A stretch of DNA of 64,000 bases from an uncultured Clostridia bacterium. Its GTDB lineage: Bacteria > Bacillota > Clostridia > TANB77 > CAG-508. Shown piece by piece: positions 28,473-38,054 of this stretch. The stretch is taken from contig CALXCJ010000003.1 of assembly GCA_944386775.1 (NCBI GenBank), positions 1,381 to 65,380 of the forward strand, in the 5' to 3' direction. The position numbers were made by a program, and so were the translations under genes. A model generated the notes under the pieces. The model was given only the letters and a program-made list of their open reading frames with translations. It was not told where the DNA came from and did not search any database. Position 1 is the stretch's first letter; each line of letters begins with the position of its first letter.

Positions 28473-29177
28473 ATGCCAGGCCAAGGATATCATGTAGGGA
28501 TTATGAAACTTGTTGCCGACAAATCAGGTCGGAGAGTTTCAAATCAGTTAGTAACAGGAACACTTATTTTGGATGCATTGAATGCATCATTTGGTGGACG
28601 GAGGAGGACACATTTTGCCGGAGGCGGTGCATGTGTACTTCCAACATATACTGAATTGAGGAATTATGTTCCTCAATCAATGGACAGTATGTATAAACCA
28701 TCATTTTTGGTTGACCCAATAACAGACATGAGAAGTTTTGAAGCAAACTCAATTCATGTTAATGAGGGCGACTATAAAGATGGAATAAGAATCCATTTAT
28801 TGACTGATAGAGGTTATGACCAACTTGTGCACAATAAACTTTTTGATTTTAAATATCAAAAAGACGACATTGTTATAGTCCGAGAAACCGGAGAGCAAAT
28901 TGACGGAAAAACATTTCGGCAAGGACTATATGCAAGTTATCCACTTTTGGATAACTATGTTATGCACAAAGCGAAGATTGCCTCAAAAGACGTAGAGGAG
29001 ACCAAAGAAATTTTGGCTGCTTGTCTGAAAGACTCAGATAAAGAGTTTATCTCAAAATATCTGAATTTTTCAGATAACGAAATTGAATGGGAAAAGGTAA
29101 AATATTTTTCACAGTCAATTATTGACGACTTAGTTGATAAGACGTGCCAAAATATCATCAATTACTTGGCGAAGTAA
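28473..29177 (+). CDS. Hypothetical cytoplasmic protein, family not recognised. Atypical codon usage suggests it is foreign.
   Basis: 234 aa ORF with RBS aaggaggg. G/C-ending codons (gcc, gac, ggc, ctg, gcg, acg) are visibly enriched. It contains three in-frame CGG codons (28530, 28599, 28917). Confidence 0.6.
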   Translation: MPGQGYHVGIMKLVADKSGRRVSNQLVTGTLILDALNASFGGRRRTHFAGGGACVLPTYTELRNYVPQSMDSMYKPSFLVDPITDMRSFEANSIHVNEGDYKDGIRIHLLTDRGYDQLVHNKLFDFKYQKDDIVIVRETGEQIDGKTFRQGLYASYPLLDNYVMHKAKIASKDVEETKEILAACLKDSDKEFISKYLNFSDNEIEWEKVKYFSQSIIDDLVDKTCQNIINYLAK

Positions 29178-29279
29178 GCCAAAATGTGGGGAAACTATAT
29201 GTTTCCCCCATTTTAGTAAGTGCTTATGATTAAAATAATTAATAGTTTCTGTAAATTCGTATCAAAAGGAGAATGCAAA

Positions 29280-29762
29280 ATGTTTAATGATTTTATGGAT
29301 AGCTATGATAATTATAAAAATAGTAAAAGAGAAGGAAAAATGAGTAACGGCGCTTTGATTGTTTGTTTAATTCTTAGTTATATTGTCGTCATTTATTGGT
29401 TCAATTTACCATATTTCAATGCTGGAATTGAAAAGATAGAAAAAGCAGCAAGTAATGAGGAATTAATTAAAACAGTGCATACTGAGAAGCTAGAAGAAGT
29501 TGAAGGCGTGCATTATTCATATCCAAATGAAGGAGAAATAGTAATTAGCAATATATATGAAAAAGAAGGTGGAATGATAAAAGGAAGGGCAAGACGTCAA
29601 GAAGTTGTGAATGATAAAAATTATATACTTCTAAAAGTAGATGATAATGGTAATATATTATCAAGAGAGGAACATTATCAATCCCCTGCAGGTATAGTTA
29701 TTATTACAGTTATATTTTTACTATTTTTTATGATTTTATTAGGGAGAATGTTAAAATCATGA
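29280..29762 (+). CDS. Bitopic membrane protein (N- and C-terminal TM helices), tandem paralogue A
   Basis: MFNDFMDSYDNYKN... preceded by RBS aaaggaga. The start is chosen by comparison with paralogue B; the track start at 29220 is an upstream extension. Confidence 0.6.
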   Translation: MFNDFMDSYDNYKNSKREGKMSNGALIVCLILSYIVVIYWFNLPYFNAGIEKIEKAASNEELIKTVHTEKLEEVEGVHYSYPNEGEIVISNIYEKEGGMIKGRARRQEVVNDKNYILLKVDDNGNILSREEHYQSPAGIVIITVIFLLFFMILLGRMLKS

Positions 29763-29921
29763 GTACAAGAATTTCTAATTAAGAAATTCTAAAATATCAA
29801 AAAATCAGGTTGAATTAGCTAAAAAGATAGCCGACAAAATGAGTCGAAAATTTTCTAATTAGTTAACCACAAGTGGCTCTTTAATAGTTTCTGTAAATTC
29901 GTATCAAAAGGAGAATGCAAA

Positions 29922-30407
29922 ATGTTTAATGATTTTATGGATAGCTATGATGACAATTATAAAAATGGTAAAAGCGAAAAGAAAAAAGGTGTAGCCTCTT
30001 TGATTGTTCTTTTGATTCTTGGTTATATCGGTGTGATTTATTTTTTTAATTTACCATATTTCAATGCTGGAATTGAAAAGATAGAAAAGGCAGCAAGTAA
30101 TGAGGAATTAATTAAAACAGTGTATGCTGAGAAGTTAGAAGAAGTTGAAGGCTTACATTATTCATATCCAAATGAAGGAGAAATAGTAATCAGCAATATA
30201 TATACCGTAGGTAGAAGAGGAATAAGATTTAAAATCGCGAATGATAAAAATTATATACTTCTAAAAGTAGACGATAATGGTAATATCTTATCAAGAGAAG
30301 AACATTATCAATCCTCTTCAGGTTTTACAAAAAGTGTAATCATCATTACAGTTATATTTATAATATTTCTTATCATTTCATTACCGGATCTATTGAGTCA
30401 TGAGTAG
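29922..30407 (+). CDS. Bitopic membrane protein, tandem paralogue B
   Basis: 161 aa. A 642-bp direct duplication includes the RBS and leader (aatagtttctgtaaattcgtatcaaaaggagaatgcaaaatg at 29241 and 29883). Confidence 0.6.
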   Translation: MFNDFMDSYDDNYKNGKSEKKKGVASLIVLLILGYIGVIYFFNLPYFNAGIEKIEKAASNEELIKTVYAEKLEEVEGLHYSYPNEGEIVISNIYTVGRRGIRFKIANDKNYILLKVDDNGNILSREEHYQSSSGFTKSVIIITVIFIIFLIISLPDLLSHE

Positions 30408-30440
30408 AAGAATTTCTAATTAAGAAATTCTAAAATAACA

Positions 30441-30482
30441 AAAAAGGATGAATTTTATCTAATTAAAATTCATCCTTTTTTG
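30441..30482 (+). terminator. Intrinsic terminator closing the orphan island
   Basis: aaaaaggatgaatttta pairs with taaaattcatccttttt, followed by a T run. Confidence 0.7.
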
Positions 30483-30652
30483 TCTATTAGGAAAGTTATA
30501 CTGATTTTTCTGGATTATAACGAAAAAAAGTAGTATAAACGAAAAAATTCACAAAGAAACTATTGTAAATTTGAGCAAATAATGATAGAATACCTACCGA
30601 AAGGAAAAATAAGAAAACTTTAAGCAAAATGCAGAAAAGGAGGAATTTCAAA

Positions 30653-31507
30653 ATGAAAATTCTATTAACAGGAGCAAAAGGAATGCTTGCAAAAGATGTA
30701 ATTAGAAGCTTAAAAGATAATAGTGAACTAATATGTACAGATTCAGACGAATTAGATATAACAAACCAAGAAGCAGTATTAAAAAAAGTAAAAGAAATAA
30801 AGCCAAATTACATAATCAATTGTGCAGCATATACAGCTGTTGACAAAGCAGAAGAACCAGAAAATTATGAATTAGTAAGGAAAGTAAATGCAGAAGGACC
30901 AAAAAATTTAAGCATAGCAGCCAAAAATGAAGATGCAATACTGGTGCACATAAGCACAGATTATGTATTTGATGGAGATTTAAATTTATCACAATCATAT
31001 AAAGAAGAAGATAAAGTAAACCCAGTAAGTGTATATGGAAAAACAAAACTAGAAGGAGAAGAACTAATAAAAGAAAATTTAGACAAATACTATATATTTA
31101 GAACAGCATGGCTTTATGGAGATGGAAACAATTTTGTAAGAACAATGTTAAAACTTGCAAAAGACAAAGAAGAAGTAAATGTAGTAAATGACCAACACGG
31201 AAGTCCCACATTTGCAGGAGACTTAGCAAAAATAATAAAAGATGCAATAGAAAAGAAAATTCCATTTGGAACATATCATGCAACAAATGAAGGATTTACA
31301 ACATGGTATGAATTTACAAAAAAAATATATGAATTAGAAAATATAAAAACAAAAGTAAACCCAGTAACATCAGAACAATTTATAAGACCAGCTAAAAGAC
31401 CAACAAATTCAAAACTAGATAAAACAAAATTAAAAAATGCAGGAATACAAATTTCACACTGGGAAGAAGGACTAAAAAAATACTTAGAAAGAGAAAATCA
31501 AAAATAA
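30653..31507 (+). CDS. rfbD: dTDP-4-dehydrorhamnose reductase
   Basis: MKILLTGAKGMLAKDV, STDYVFDG and YGKTKLEGE. The ATG at 30653 follows RBS aggagg. Confidence 0.9.
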   Translation: MKILLTGAKGMLAKDVIRSLKDNSELICTDSDELDITNQEAVLKKVKEIKPNYIINCAAYTAVDKAEEPENYELVRKVNAEGPKNLSIAAKNEDAILVHISTDYVFDGDLNLSQSYKEEDKVNPVSVYGKTKLEGEELIKENLDKYYIFRTAWLYGDGNNFVRTMLKLAKDKEEVNVVNDQHGSPTFAGDLAKIIKDAIEKKIPFGTYHATNEGFTTWYEFTKKIYELENIKTKVNPVTSEQFIRPAKRPTNSKLDKTKLKNAGIQISHWEEGLKKYLERENQK

Positions 31508-31549
31508 AAAATAGTCTTTTTAAGTTATGCCGAGAAAGGAATGATAAAA

Positions 31550-32482
31550 ATGAAAAATAGAAAAGGAATTATTTTAGCAGGAGGTAGTGCAACAAGGCTA
31601 TATCCAATTACACTTGCAGTTTCAAAGCAAATGTTACCTGTATATGATAAACCAATGATATATTATCCATTATCAATATTAATGATGGCAGGAATAAGAG
31701 AAGTATTAATAATATCTACACCAGCACACCTAAAGGCATTTGAAAACTTATTTGGAGATGGTTCAAAAATAGGAATGAAATTACAATACAAAATTCAAGA
31801 AAAACCAGTAGGACTTGCAGATGCATTTATTTTAGGAGAAGAATTTATAGGAGATGACAATGTTGCATTGATACTTGGAGACAATATGATATATGGCTCA
31901 AGATTGCAAAGAGTGCTAAAAGCTGCAAATAATTTGCAAGAAGGTGGTTTAATATTTGGGTATAAAGTTGCAGATCCAACTTCTTATGGTGTAGTAGAAA
32001 TAGATAGCAAAGGAACAGCATTATCAATAGAAGAAAAGCCAAAAGTTCCAAAATCATCACTTGCAGTTCCAGGAATATATTTCTATGATAATGATGTAAT
32101 AGAAATTGCAAAATCATTAAAACCTTCAGAAAGAGGAGAGCTAGAAATAACAGATGTAAACAAAGCATATATGGAAAAAGGAAAACTAAAAGTAATACCA
32201 CTAGGTTCAGGCTATGCATGGTTTGATACAGGAACAGCAGATAGGCTTGCAGATGCATCAGACTTTGTAAAAGCAATAGAGCTAAGGCAAGGTATACAAA
32301 TAGCATGCCTTGAAGAAATAGCATACAAAAATAATTGGATAGGAAAAAAAGAAATGCAAGAAGCAATAAATCATTTTGGAAAAACAGAATATGGCAAATA
32401 TTTGCAAAAAGTTTTAGATACTGAGGAAATAGATTATCATGAAATTTATGAAGATGAAATATTTAAAAAGATAGAATTTTAA
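31550..32482 (+). CDS. rfbA: Glucose-1-phosphate thymidylyltransferase
   Basis: KGIILAGGSATRLYPIT, QEKPVGLADAF, LGDNMIYG and YGVVE. The start is at 31550 or 31541. Confidence 0.9.
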   Translation: MKNRKGIILAGGSATRLYPITLAVSKQMLPVYDKPMIYYPLSILMMAGIREVLIISTPAHLKAFENLFGDGSKIGMKLQYKIQEKPVGLADAFILGEEFIGDDNVALILGDNMIYGSRLQRVLKAANNLQEGGLIFGYKVADPTSYGVVEIDSKGTALSIEEKPKVPKSSLAVPGIYFYDNDVIEIAKSLKPSERGELEITDVNKAYMEKGKLKVIPLGSGYAWFDTGTADRLADASDFVKAIELRQGIQIACLEEIAYKNNWIGKKEMQEAINHFGKTEYGKYLQKVLDTEEIDYHEIYEDEIFKKIEF

Positions 32483-32549
32483 ATAGTATTTATGAATTAA
32501 AATGATATTAAAAGTAAATAATATTTAACTAAAAAGAAGGGAAAAAATT

Positions 32550-33128
32550 ATGGGGAAATTTAAAAAAATTGAAACAAAAATACCTGATGTATATATTATT
32601 GAACCAACAGTATTTGGAGACAACAGAGGATATTTTATGGAGACATATAGTAAAAAAGACTTTGAAGATATAGGTCTAAACTATAATTTTGTACAAGATA
32701 ACCAATCAAAATCAAAAAAAGGAGTATTAAGAGGTTTACATTTTCAAAAAGAAAATACACAGGCAAAACTTGTAAAATGTATTAAAGGAGAAGTATTTGA
32801 TGTAGCAGTAGACTTAAGACCAGGAAGCAAAACATATGGTAAATGGGAAGGTGTAATACTATCAGAAGAAAATAAAAAAATGTTTATGATTCCAAAAGGA
32901 TTTGCACATGGATTTTTAGTATTATCAGATGAAGCAGAATTCTCATATAAATGTGATGATGTATATAATCCAAATGCAGAAGGTGGCTTAGCTTGGGATG
33001 ACAAAGAAATTAATATTGAATGGCCACTAGGAAATATGAAAATGTCAGATTTAATAACATCTGAAAAAGATGAAAAATGGCCAACATTAGATGAAATTAG
33101 AAAAACAGATCTTTTTAAAAATTTATAA
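32550..33128 (+). CDS. rfbC: dTDP-4-dehydrorhamnose 3,5-epimerase
   Basis: FGDNRGYFMETY, LRGLHFQ, KLVKCIKGEVFDVAVDLR and GFAHGF. Confidence 0.9.
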   Translation: MGKFKKIETKIPDVYIIEPTVFGDNRGYFMETYSKKDFEDIGLNYNFVQDNQSKSKKGVLRGLHFQKENTQAKLVKCIKGEVFDVAVDLRPGSKTYGKWEGVILSEENKKMFMIPKGFAHGFLVLSDEAEFSYKCDDVYNPNAEGGLAWDDKEINIEWPLGNMKMSDLITSEKDEKWPTLDEIRKTDLFKNL

Positions 33129-33219
33129 TATAAAATCAGTTTTTAAGTAAATATAGATAAATAGTTATAGCATAAATAAAAACACAAATAACTTTAAAAC
33201 AAAATTAGGAGGACAAAAA

Positions 33220-34188
33220 ATGAAAAATAATATACTAGTCACAGGAGCTGCAGGATTTATAGGAGCAAACTTTGCAGAATACTTTGTGCAAAAATACCCA
33301 GACTACAATGTAATAGTATTAGACAAACTAACATATGCAGGAAACATGAATAACCTAAACAAAGTAATAGACAAAATAACATTTGTAAAAGGAGATATAT
33401 GTGATTTTGAATTTGTTTTAGAACTATTCAAAAAATACGAAATAAATGGAGTAATACACTTTGCTGCAGAATCACACGTAGACAACAGCATAAAAGACCC
33501 ATTCATCTTCACACACACAAATGTAATAGGAACACACACTTTGCTAGAAGCAGCAAAAAGAACATGGGGAGAAGGAAGCCCAAACAAATTTGTACACATA
33601 TCAACAGACGAAGTATATGGTTCACTAAAAGAAGAAGGCTACTTCACAGAAAAATCACCAATAAAACCAAGTAGCCCATACTCAGCATCAAAAGCAAGTT
33701 CAGACCTAATCGCATTTGCATACAAAGAAACATACAAAATGAACATAAATGTAACAAACTGTTCAAACAACTATGGACCATACCAACACAACGAAAAACT
33801 AATACCACATATGATAAAACTAGCACTAAAAAACGAAAAACTACCAGTATATGGAACAGGAAAAAACATCAGAGACTGGCTATATGTAGAAGACCACTGT
33901 GAGGCAATAGACCTAGTATACCATAAAGGAAAAACAGGCGAAAGGTATAACATAGGAGGACACAACGAAAAAAGAAACATAGACATAGTAAAATTAATAT
34001 TAAAAAGACTAGGAAAATCAGAAGACCTAATAGAATATGTAGAAGACAGAAAAGGACACGACTACAGATACGCAATAGACCCAACCAAAATAAAAGAAGA
34101 ACTAGGTTGGTACCCAAAAACAAAATTCGAAGATGGAATAATAAAAACAATAGACTGGTATATAGAAAATCCAGCATGGCTAAACTAA
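33220..34188 (+). CDS. rfbB: dTDP-glucose 4,6-dehydratase
   Basis: ILVTGAAGFIGANF, STDEVYG, YSASKASSD and NCSNNYGPYQ. Confidence 0.9.
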   Translation: MKNNILVTGAAGFIGANFAEYFVQKYPDYNVIVLDKLTYAGNMNNLNKVIDKITFVKGDICDFEFVLELFKKYEINGVIHFAAESHVDNSIKDPFIFTHTNVIGTHTLLEAAKRTWGEGSPNKFVHISTDEVYGSLKEEGYFTEKSPIKPSSPYSASKASSDLIAFAYKETYKMNINVTNCSNNYGPYQHNEKLIPHMIKLALKNEKLPVYGTGKNIRDWLYVEDHCEAIDLVYHKGKTGERYNIGGHNEKRNIDIVKLILKRLGKSEDLIEYVEDRKGHDYRYAIDPTKIKEELGWYPKTKFEDGIIKTIDWYIENPAWLN

Positions 34189-34382
34189 TGGTCGATCTGG
34201 GAATGGTCAATCTGGGACAGGTACGAAGTGACTAAAAATGGTCAATCTGGGACAGGTCCCAACTGACCAAAAATGGTTAATTTGGGACAGGTTATGGATA
34301 ATATTAAAATTATTATAACCTGTCCCAAATATTTTTTGGTTAATTGTGACCTGGTCACGATTAACCACTAAGTCACGATTAA
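34187..34382 (+). repeat. Repeat cluster starting at the rfbB stop: about 3.5 copies of a 35-bp tandem unit, a terminator hairpin, and palindrome/direct-repeat motifs
   Basis: AATGGTCRATCTGGGA(CAGGT) occurs at 34187, 34202, 34237 and 34272. The hairpin pairs tttgggacaggttat (34281-34295) with ataacctgtcccaaa (34315-34329), then Ts. GTGACCTGGTCAC lies at 34346-34358, and tcacgattaac occurs twice (34355, 34372). Confidence 0.65.
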
Positions 34383-34527
34383 CAATTGCAGAATTAAAAA
34401 ATAAATATGAGCTATAACAAAAAATTAAGCAATAAGTTATATAAATAATGAGAAAACTATTGATTTTATTCATAAAGTGGTATATTATGATAGTATAAGC
34501 AAAAATGCAAATAAAGGGGGAATTGTT

Positions 34528-34977
34528 TTGAGTAAAATAATTAACCAAATGGAAGCAAAGAAACGGATTTTAGAAGACAGTACTTGGGATCGTCTTATTG
34601 TAGAAGCTGAGCTAGATGGGGATAATGGTTTTAAGTGTTCTTATTTTGGAAATTCGGAATTAGAAGATAAAAATGATGTAGAAATTAGGCAAGAGATATT
34701 AAAAGTACTGAAATGTATAAATGCTAGTTTAACCAAAAAAGTTTATTTCAGAAAAACCAAAAATATGGAAAACAAAAACCAAGAAATACCTATAAAAGCA
34801 CCAGAATTATGCGAGAAACTCAAGCAAAAAGCCAAGATAGAATTTTGGTATATAAAGCCAAAAAGTAAAAAAGTCAAAAAGTATTTGCTTCAGTGGAAAA
34901 TAGTAACCGATCCAGAGATGTCTGATGAGGAAATGTGTGTACTTTTAGCACACATAATTATTCCACTACAAAAGTAA
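34528..34977 (+). CDS. Hypothetical protein (orphan). The start is uncertain: TTG at 34528 after aaggggg, or ATG at 34549.
   Basis: ORF in the track (34477-34977). No family recognised. Contains an in-frame CGG at 34564. Confidence 0.45.
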   Translation: MSKIINQMEAKKRILEDSTWDRLIVEAELDGDNGFKCSYFGNSELEDKNDVEIRQEILKVLKCINASLTKKVYFRKTKNMENKNQEIPIKAPELCEKLKQKAKIEFWYIKPKSKKVKKYLLQWKIVTDPEMSDEEMCVLLAHIIIPLQK

Positions 34978-34983
34978 CCTTGA

Positions 34984-35015
34984 TAGAAGATATGCTAAAA
35001 TTAGCATATCTTCTA
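34984..35015 (+). other. Perfect 14-bp stem-loop between the two orphan ORFs
   Basis: tagaagatatgcta (34984-34997) pairs with tagcatatcttcta (35002-35015). No T tract follows. Confidence 0.5.
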
Positions 35016-35051
35016 AACCAAATAACATACATCCTAAAAGGAGGGCTAAAT

Positions 35052-35420
35052 ATGAAAGAAAATAGTATATCATTTGAAAAAGGAAAAAGGCGGATTTTAG
35101 AAAAATCAAAAGAGTATGAAGGGACAATTACTATATATATATTTAAAAAAGGAGAAGAAATTAATTGTACACTAAGGAGGTATTATATACCTGATGAAGA
35201 TGTACTTTTATGGTTAAATGGTGCATTTTTAGATATTACTTCTAAAATGCAACAAAAACGAATAGAAGTAAACATTTATGACTTATTAGATATAGAATTT
35301 GAAATTGATTTTTTCTTATCAAAAAAGGATGATTCTGTCTTTTTTTATGAAATTGAGCCAGCTGTAGAGAATGAAAAATTAGCTTTTTTATTATTAATAG
35401 CAATGGATGTATGTAATTAG
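35052..35420 (+). CDS. Hypothetical protein (orphan), possibly a distant paralogue of the preceding ORF
   Basis: MKENSISFEKGKRRILEKS... preceded by RBS aaaggaggg. Shares the K(K/R)RILE motif and the 12-nt cggattttagaa with the upstream ORF. Contains an in-frame CGG at 35091. Confidence 0.45.
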   Translation: MKENSISFEKGKRRILEKSKEYEGTITIYIFKKGEEINCTLRRYYIPDEDVLLWLNGAFLDITSKMQQKRIEVNIYDLLDIEFEIDFFLSKKDDSVFFYEIEPAVENEKLAFLLLIAMDVCN

Positions 35421-35477
35421 GGTAATTTGTTTTAAAGATAAACTTGTATAAAGGTTATCTAATAATAGTAAGATAAT

Positions 35478-35515
35478 AAAATACATAATCAGAAAAATGG
35501 TTATGTATTTTATTA
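35478..35515 (+). terminator. Intrinsic terminator
   Basis: aaaatacataa pairs with ttatgtatttt, followed by a T-rich tail. Confidence 0.5.
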
Positions 35516-35777
35516 AATTAAGTAAATTTTTCATATATAGCTTTTTCAAAGCTTTTCAAATATTAAATGAATGGCTATTAAGTAAAAATTTTATTATAAA
35601 AAATGGTTAATTTAAGAAATAACTTCTACTTAAAAAGTAAATTTCATTTGTAAGAGTAATATCTAGTTTATAAAAAAATTCATAAATTTATTAATTAATA
35701 TTAAAAAAAAATATTTTTATGATATAATATTAATATACAAACGAAATAAGCATAAAATAAACCAAAGAGGTGATTTT

Positions 35778-36200
35778 ATGATAAGAAAAATAAAAGAAAA
35801 AGATATAACCCAAGTTATGACAATATGGGTAAAAGGAAATTTTAAAGCAAATAATTTTATTGACAAAGATTATTATCTCCTTAAATTCAATGAAATGAAG
35901 AATAAATTTCTAAATGAATATACAACATATGTGTACACTGAAAATGGCGAAATTCTAGGTTTTATTAGCATATCTAATAACAATATTATAGCAATTTATG
36001 TAAAAGAACAAGAAAGAAGAAAAAATATTGGAAGGAAATTAGTTAATTATTGTAGAAATTTTAACAAAAATTTAAATGTTAAAATATTCGAAAAAAACAT
36101 GGCAGCAATATTATTCTTTTCAGCACTTGGATTTAAAAACAATGAAATACAAATAGACTCTGAATTTAAGGAAAAACAATATATAATGAAATGGGCATAG
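35778..36200 (+). CDS. GNAT family N-acetyltransferase
   Basis: 140 aa. The acetyl-CoA loop IAIYVKEQERRKNIGRKLVNY matches the Q/RxxGxG/A-like pattern. Confidence 0.75.
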   Translation: MIRKIKEKDITQVMTIWVKGNFKANNFIDKDYYLLKFNEMKNKFLNEYTTYVYTENGEILGFISISNNNIIAIYVKEQERRKNIGRKLVNYCRNFNKNLNVKIFEKNMAAILFFSALGFKNNEIQIDSEFKEKQYIMKWA

Positions 36201-36393
36201 AAAATAAAATAAAACATTAATATATTTAAACCAGAAAATATAGAGGTATAAATAAAACAACATAAATAAAAATATATGTAAATAAGTAAAGAATATATAA
36301 ATAAATAAAAAATATACAAGTATAAATAAAAATATATAAGTCACAAAGTACAAATTATATAAAAAATATTAAAAGAAAAGAGGAAAAATAAAA

Positions 36394-37176
36394 ATGAACA
36401 CAAACATACTATGGGGATTATTAATACCTTTTTTAGGCACAACACTAGGTTCTGCAATAGTTTTTCTAACTAAAAATAACATGAAAGAATCAATCCAAAA
36501 ACTATTTCTTGGTTTTGCAGCAGGAGTAATGATAGCAGCTGCAATATGGTCATTAATGATGCCATCAATGGAAATGGCAGAAGAGCAAAATGAAATTACT
36601 TGGTTACCAGCAGCAATTGGATTTTTACTCGGAATATTTTTTCTACTTATATTAGATACACTAATTCCACACTTACACCTTGACAAACAAGAGCCAGAGG
36701 GTATAAAAGCAAAATTCAAAAAAACCACAATGTTAGTCTTAGCAGTAGCATTGCATAATATTCCAGAAGGAATGACAGTAGGAGTAATACTTGCAGGTAG
36801 TTTAATTGGACATGCTAATATAAGTACTGCAAGTGCACTTGTTTTAGCAATAGGAATAGCAATACAAAATTTCCCAGAAGGAGCTATAATTTCAATGCCC
36901 CTTAGAGCAGAAGGAATGAAAAAATCTAAAGCTTTTTGGTATGGTACACTCTCTGGAATAGTAGAGCCAATAGCTGCAATAATAACAATATTACTTACAA
37001 ATTTAGTTATACCAATTTTGCCATATTTACTATCATTTGCAGCAGGAGCAATGATGTATGTAGTAGTAGAAGAACTAATACCAGAATCACAATCAGGTAA
37101 ACATACAAATATAGGAACAATAGGGCTTGCAATAGGATTTGTATTAATGATGATTTTAGATATAGCATTAGGCTAG
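36394..37176 (+). CDS. ZIP family divalent metal (zinc) transporter
   Basis: 260 aa with 8 TM segments, ALHNIPEGMTVG and AIQNFPEGAI motifs. Confidence 0.85.
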   Translation: MNTNILWGLLIPFLGTTLGSAIVFLTKNNMKESIQKLFLGFAAGVMIAAAIWSLMMPSMEMAEEQNEITWLPAAIGFLLGIFFLLILDTLIPHLHLDKQEPEGIKAKFKKTTMLVLAVALHNIPEGMTVGVILAGSLIGHANISTASALVLAIGIAIQNFPEGAIISMPLRAEGMKKSKAFWYGTLSGIVEPIAAIITILLTNLVIPILPYLLSFAAGAMMYVVVEELIPESQSGKHTNIGTIGLAIGFVLMMILDIALG

Positions 37177-37481
37177 TAAAAGTCTTTTTGGGACTATTCA
37201 CAAATAGAATGTTCTCATAACAAAAAATTACACAAAAATAAAAATATATCCCAAAAGGAATTATTGCAAAATAGAAATATTCCTTAAAGGGGGTATATAC
37301 CCAAAGAAAATATCCAAGAAAGTAACTATCCTCAAATGAGATAAAAATTTGTCCCATTTGGGGATAGTTTCAATTTAGTGATATTCTCGACTTTAAACAT
37401 TTTTATACACAGAGTGTAACAAAATCAAAATCCAATTGTATAACAAGTATAAAAACAATAGAAATAAAAAGGGGTGTAATA

Positions 37482-38054
37482 ATGGAAAAAAATAAATTAG
37501 ATAATGAAGAAGAAAGTAAAATATTATACAAAGAATATCTTAAAGGAAATCAAGAAGCATTTGAAAAAATAGTATTAATGTATAAAAATAATTTAATATA
37601 TTTCATAAATAAATATGTAAATAACTTGCAAATTGCAGAAGATATATCACAAGATGTTTTTGTATATATACTAATTAATAAAGAACAATATGATTTTAAA
37701 TATTCACTAAAAACATATTTATATATGATAGCAAAATGTAGAGCTATAAATTATTTAAAAAAAGAAGCTAAAAATGTAAAAGTCCAGGACTATGACAATT
37801 TATATAAAGATGAAAGGCAATTAGAAGACCTTGTTTTTTCAAGAGATAAAGATAGGAAGATAAGAGAAGTACTAAAAAATATGAAACCTGAATATCAAAC
37901 AGTAATAATTTTAAATGTATATGAAGGGTTTAAATATAAAGAAATTGCAAAAATAATGCAAAAAAATATTATTGATGTAAAATCTTTAATACATAGAGCA
38001 AAAAAGAGATTAAAAAAATTATTAGAAAAGGAGGGGATTAGTTATGATGAATAA
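37482..38054 (+). CDS. ECF-type sigma-70 family RNA polymerase sigma factor
   Basis: 190 aa. Region 2 is ISQDVFVYILIN. Region 4 HTH is YKEIAKIMQKNIIDVKSLIHRAKKRLK. Confidence 0.8.
   Translation: MEKNKLDNEEESKILYKEYLKGNQEAFEKIVLMYKNNLIYFINKYVNNLQIAEDISQDVFVYILINKEQYDFKYSLKTYLYMIAKCRAINYLKKEAKNVKVQDYDNLYKDERQLEDLVFSRDKDRKIREVLKNMKPEYQTVIILNVYEGFKYKEIAKIMQKNIIDVKSLIHRAKKRLKKLLEKEGISYDE

Noticed and set aside
34207-34548. 113-aa minus-strand ORF across the 35-bp repeat cluster
   Set aside because: It reads through tandem repeats and a terminator hairpin and has no RBS. The + strand interpretation (repeats plus a downstream orphan ORF) is more coherent.
36047-36353. Two minus-strand ORFs (90 and 77 aa) across the GNAT 3-prime end and the following spacer
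   Set aside because: They are composed of tandem tataaataaa-type repeats translated as YIF-rich strings, so they are repeat artefacts.
37007-37357. 116-aa minus-strand ORF between the ZIP transporter and the sigma factor
   Set aside because: It overlaps the ZIP gene antisense and has no RBS. The spacer does contain small palindromes (gggtatataccc, aaggaat...attcctt), but I could not turn them into a supported feature.
37400-37481. Possible ECF-type autoregulated promoter (tgtaac ... tgtataac) upstream of the sigma factor gene
   Set aside because: Only an AAC-containing -35-like word is visible. No CGT-type -10 lies at the right spacing, so it is too weak to call.
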